NCBI RefSeq assembly: GCF_009914755.1
Contig: NC_060933.1
From: the human T2T-CHM13v2.0 reference genome, Homo sapiens
DNA: 64,000 nucleotides
Strand: one strand, 5' to 3'
The notes beneath the pieces are model-generated. The model saw only the letters and a program-made list of their open reading frames with translations, searched no databases and was not told the DNA's origin. The translations under genes were made by a program, and so were the position numbers. Below, piece by piece: positions 62,621-64,000 of this stretch (the stretch's first letter is position 1; each line of letters starts with the position of its first letter).

Positions 62621-64000
62621 CAAATATGGATAAATGGTTTTGACAAAATTGAGTGATAGGTACAAAGGTTATTGATTACATTCTCTAAAGTTTACTGTAT
62701 GCTTAAAACATTTTATAATAAGTAAGAAACCAGAATGCTCCACGCCTTCAGGAACCCTGAGAAATTCACTACACACATAGTTTACAGAAGGAAGCAAATG
62801 AGAAGGAAAAAGTGTATACTAAGGGCTTCCATTGTTTTTTAATGCTCTGTTTCTTTAAAAACAAGTTGTTCTGAGCTAACCTAGCCAAACACTAAAGAAA
62901 GGCTACTTGCTCTATTAAACAAGTAAAATCATGTTCCTTAATTGGTCGGCTTTCTTCCCAGAGAGGATAATGTTTCATGAGAGGAATGGAGAGTGTGTAT
63001 GATCCCAGGGAGGCCCTAGACTTGCTTGTAAGGAATGGATCCCAAGAGAAGCAGGAGTGATGTCCGTGACAAGTTCCACACTGGGAGATGCACCGGGGGA
63101 GGTAGTCTGTCTACATTGTCCTTGGAAACTTTTACTGTATTCTCTGAAGATGAGTAAATAGGGAAGGAATTTACTGTTTTTCCTTCCTTTGGCAAATAAT
63201 GACATTTCAGATAATGATAGTGGAAAAGTACTGTTTCTGAAACAATTGTCTTTTAGGAAATTTTAATGTAATCTGCCCATGTGGGGGAAGTATTAACACT
63301 ACCCAGGTTACTTCCACCTTGACTGATTCATCTCAAGCCTCAAGTACAAGAGCCAAGTTTTCACAGGACATAAAATAGGAATTCTTTAACTCCTTGTTAC
63401 TAAGTACCTTCAAGAAGAGCTTTGCCCTACAATGCCCTGTTTATTCAGACTCAAGATCCACAAAGTTTTAAGGACAGCATAAACTCCTCAGATGGCACAA
63501 GCACCTTCTGTAGCCCGGATATAGGAGTGGCTGAGGGAAGGGAGAGGGCTCTCCCATCTAACTGCAAGGTCCAGGGCTGTGGGTTGCCAGGTGCGCACAG
63601 TTAAACAAGACAATGAAACAGGAGAGCTGTGATCTGGATCTGCCAAGAAAGAAGCACTAATCTGTATGGCAGGAATTCCTAGGTACATTCTTTCAGCCAA
63701 GAGGGAGAATCAGAGATGTCTGCATGGAGGAAGTGACATTTGAACTCGACCTTAGATTAACAATGTACCTCTTCAGGAAAGGTCAAGGTTATTGAAAATC
63801 AGTAAAGTGCTTACTGGAGGTTGGGATCAATCAAATTTTATGCTTCACTCATGGTATGCTTTGTGTTTTTAATGGAATATTTCGAACAAACACAAAGGTA
63901 TACAGAAGAATATAACAAATGCTTTTGTACCCATTATCCTGCTTTGTCAGATAACAACATTGAACAGTATTTGCTTTAGGTCTGTAGATCACATAGAAGT

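Overview
Primate (human-like) genomic DNA from inside the GNA14 gene (G-alpha-14, minus strand). The only coding exon I can support is at 932-1086 (155 nt, canonical AG/GT ends, [51 protein letters not shown](Y)), which I recognise as GNA14 exon 3. Everything to its right is the large upstream intron. That intron is dominated by transposable elements: about 21 Alus, a near full-length L1PA3/4-type LINE, older L1/HAL1/L2/MIR pieces, MaLR LTRs, a solo LTR12C, a full-length Tigger1 nested in MER44A, and several MITEs. Almost all ORFs in the supplied track are repeat-derived or chance. I found no new multi-gene system. The best observations are unusual insertion events readable from the sequence: (1) an ISOC1 retrocopy whose coding body is missing, joining codon 24 to the native stop/3'UTR and creating a new 79-codon ORF; (2) a 65-bp locally templated insertion copied from an L1/LTR junction 3.2 kb away and flanked by a 9-bp duplication; (3) a 5'-intact, tailless, 3'-truncated L1 still bounded by a target-site duplication (TSD); (4) a ~19-nt Y1 RNA 3'-end retrocopy with poly(A) and a 10-bp TSD; (5) an LTR12C in sense orientation to GNA14. 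Repeat family names and the GNA14, ISOC1 and RNY1 identifications come from my recall of those sequences, not from a search. Boundaries of old repeats are approximate.
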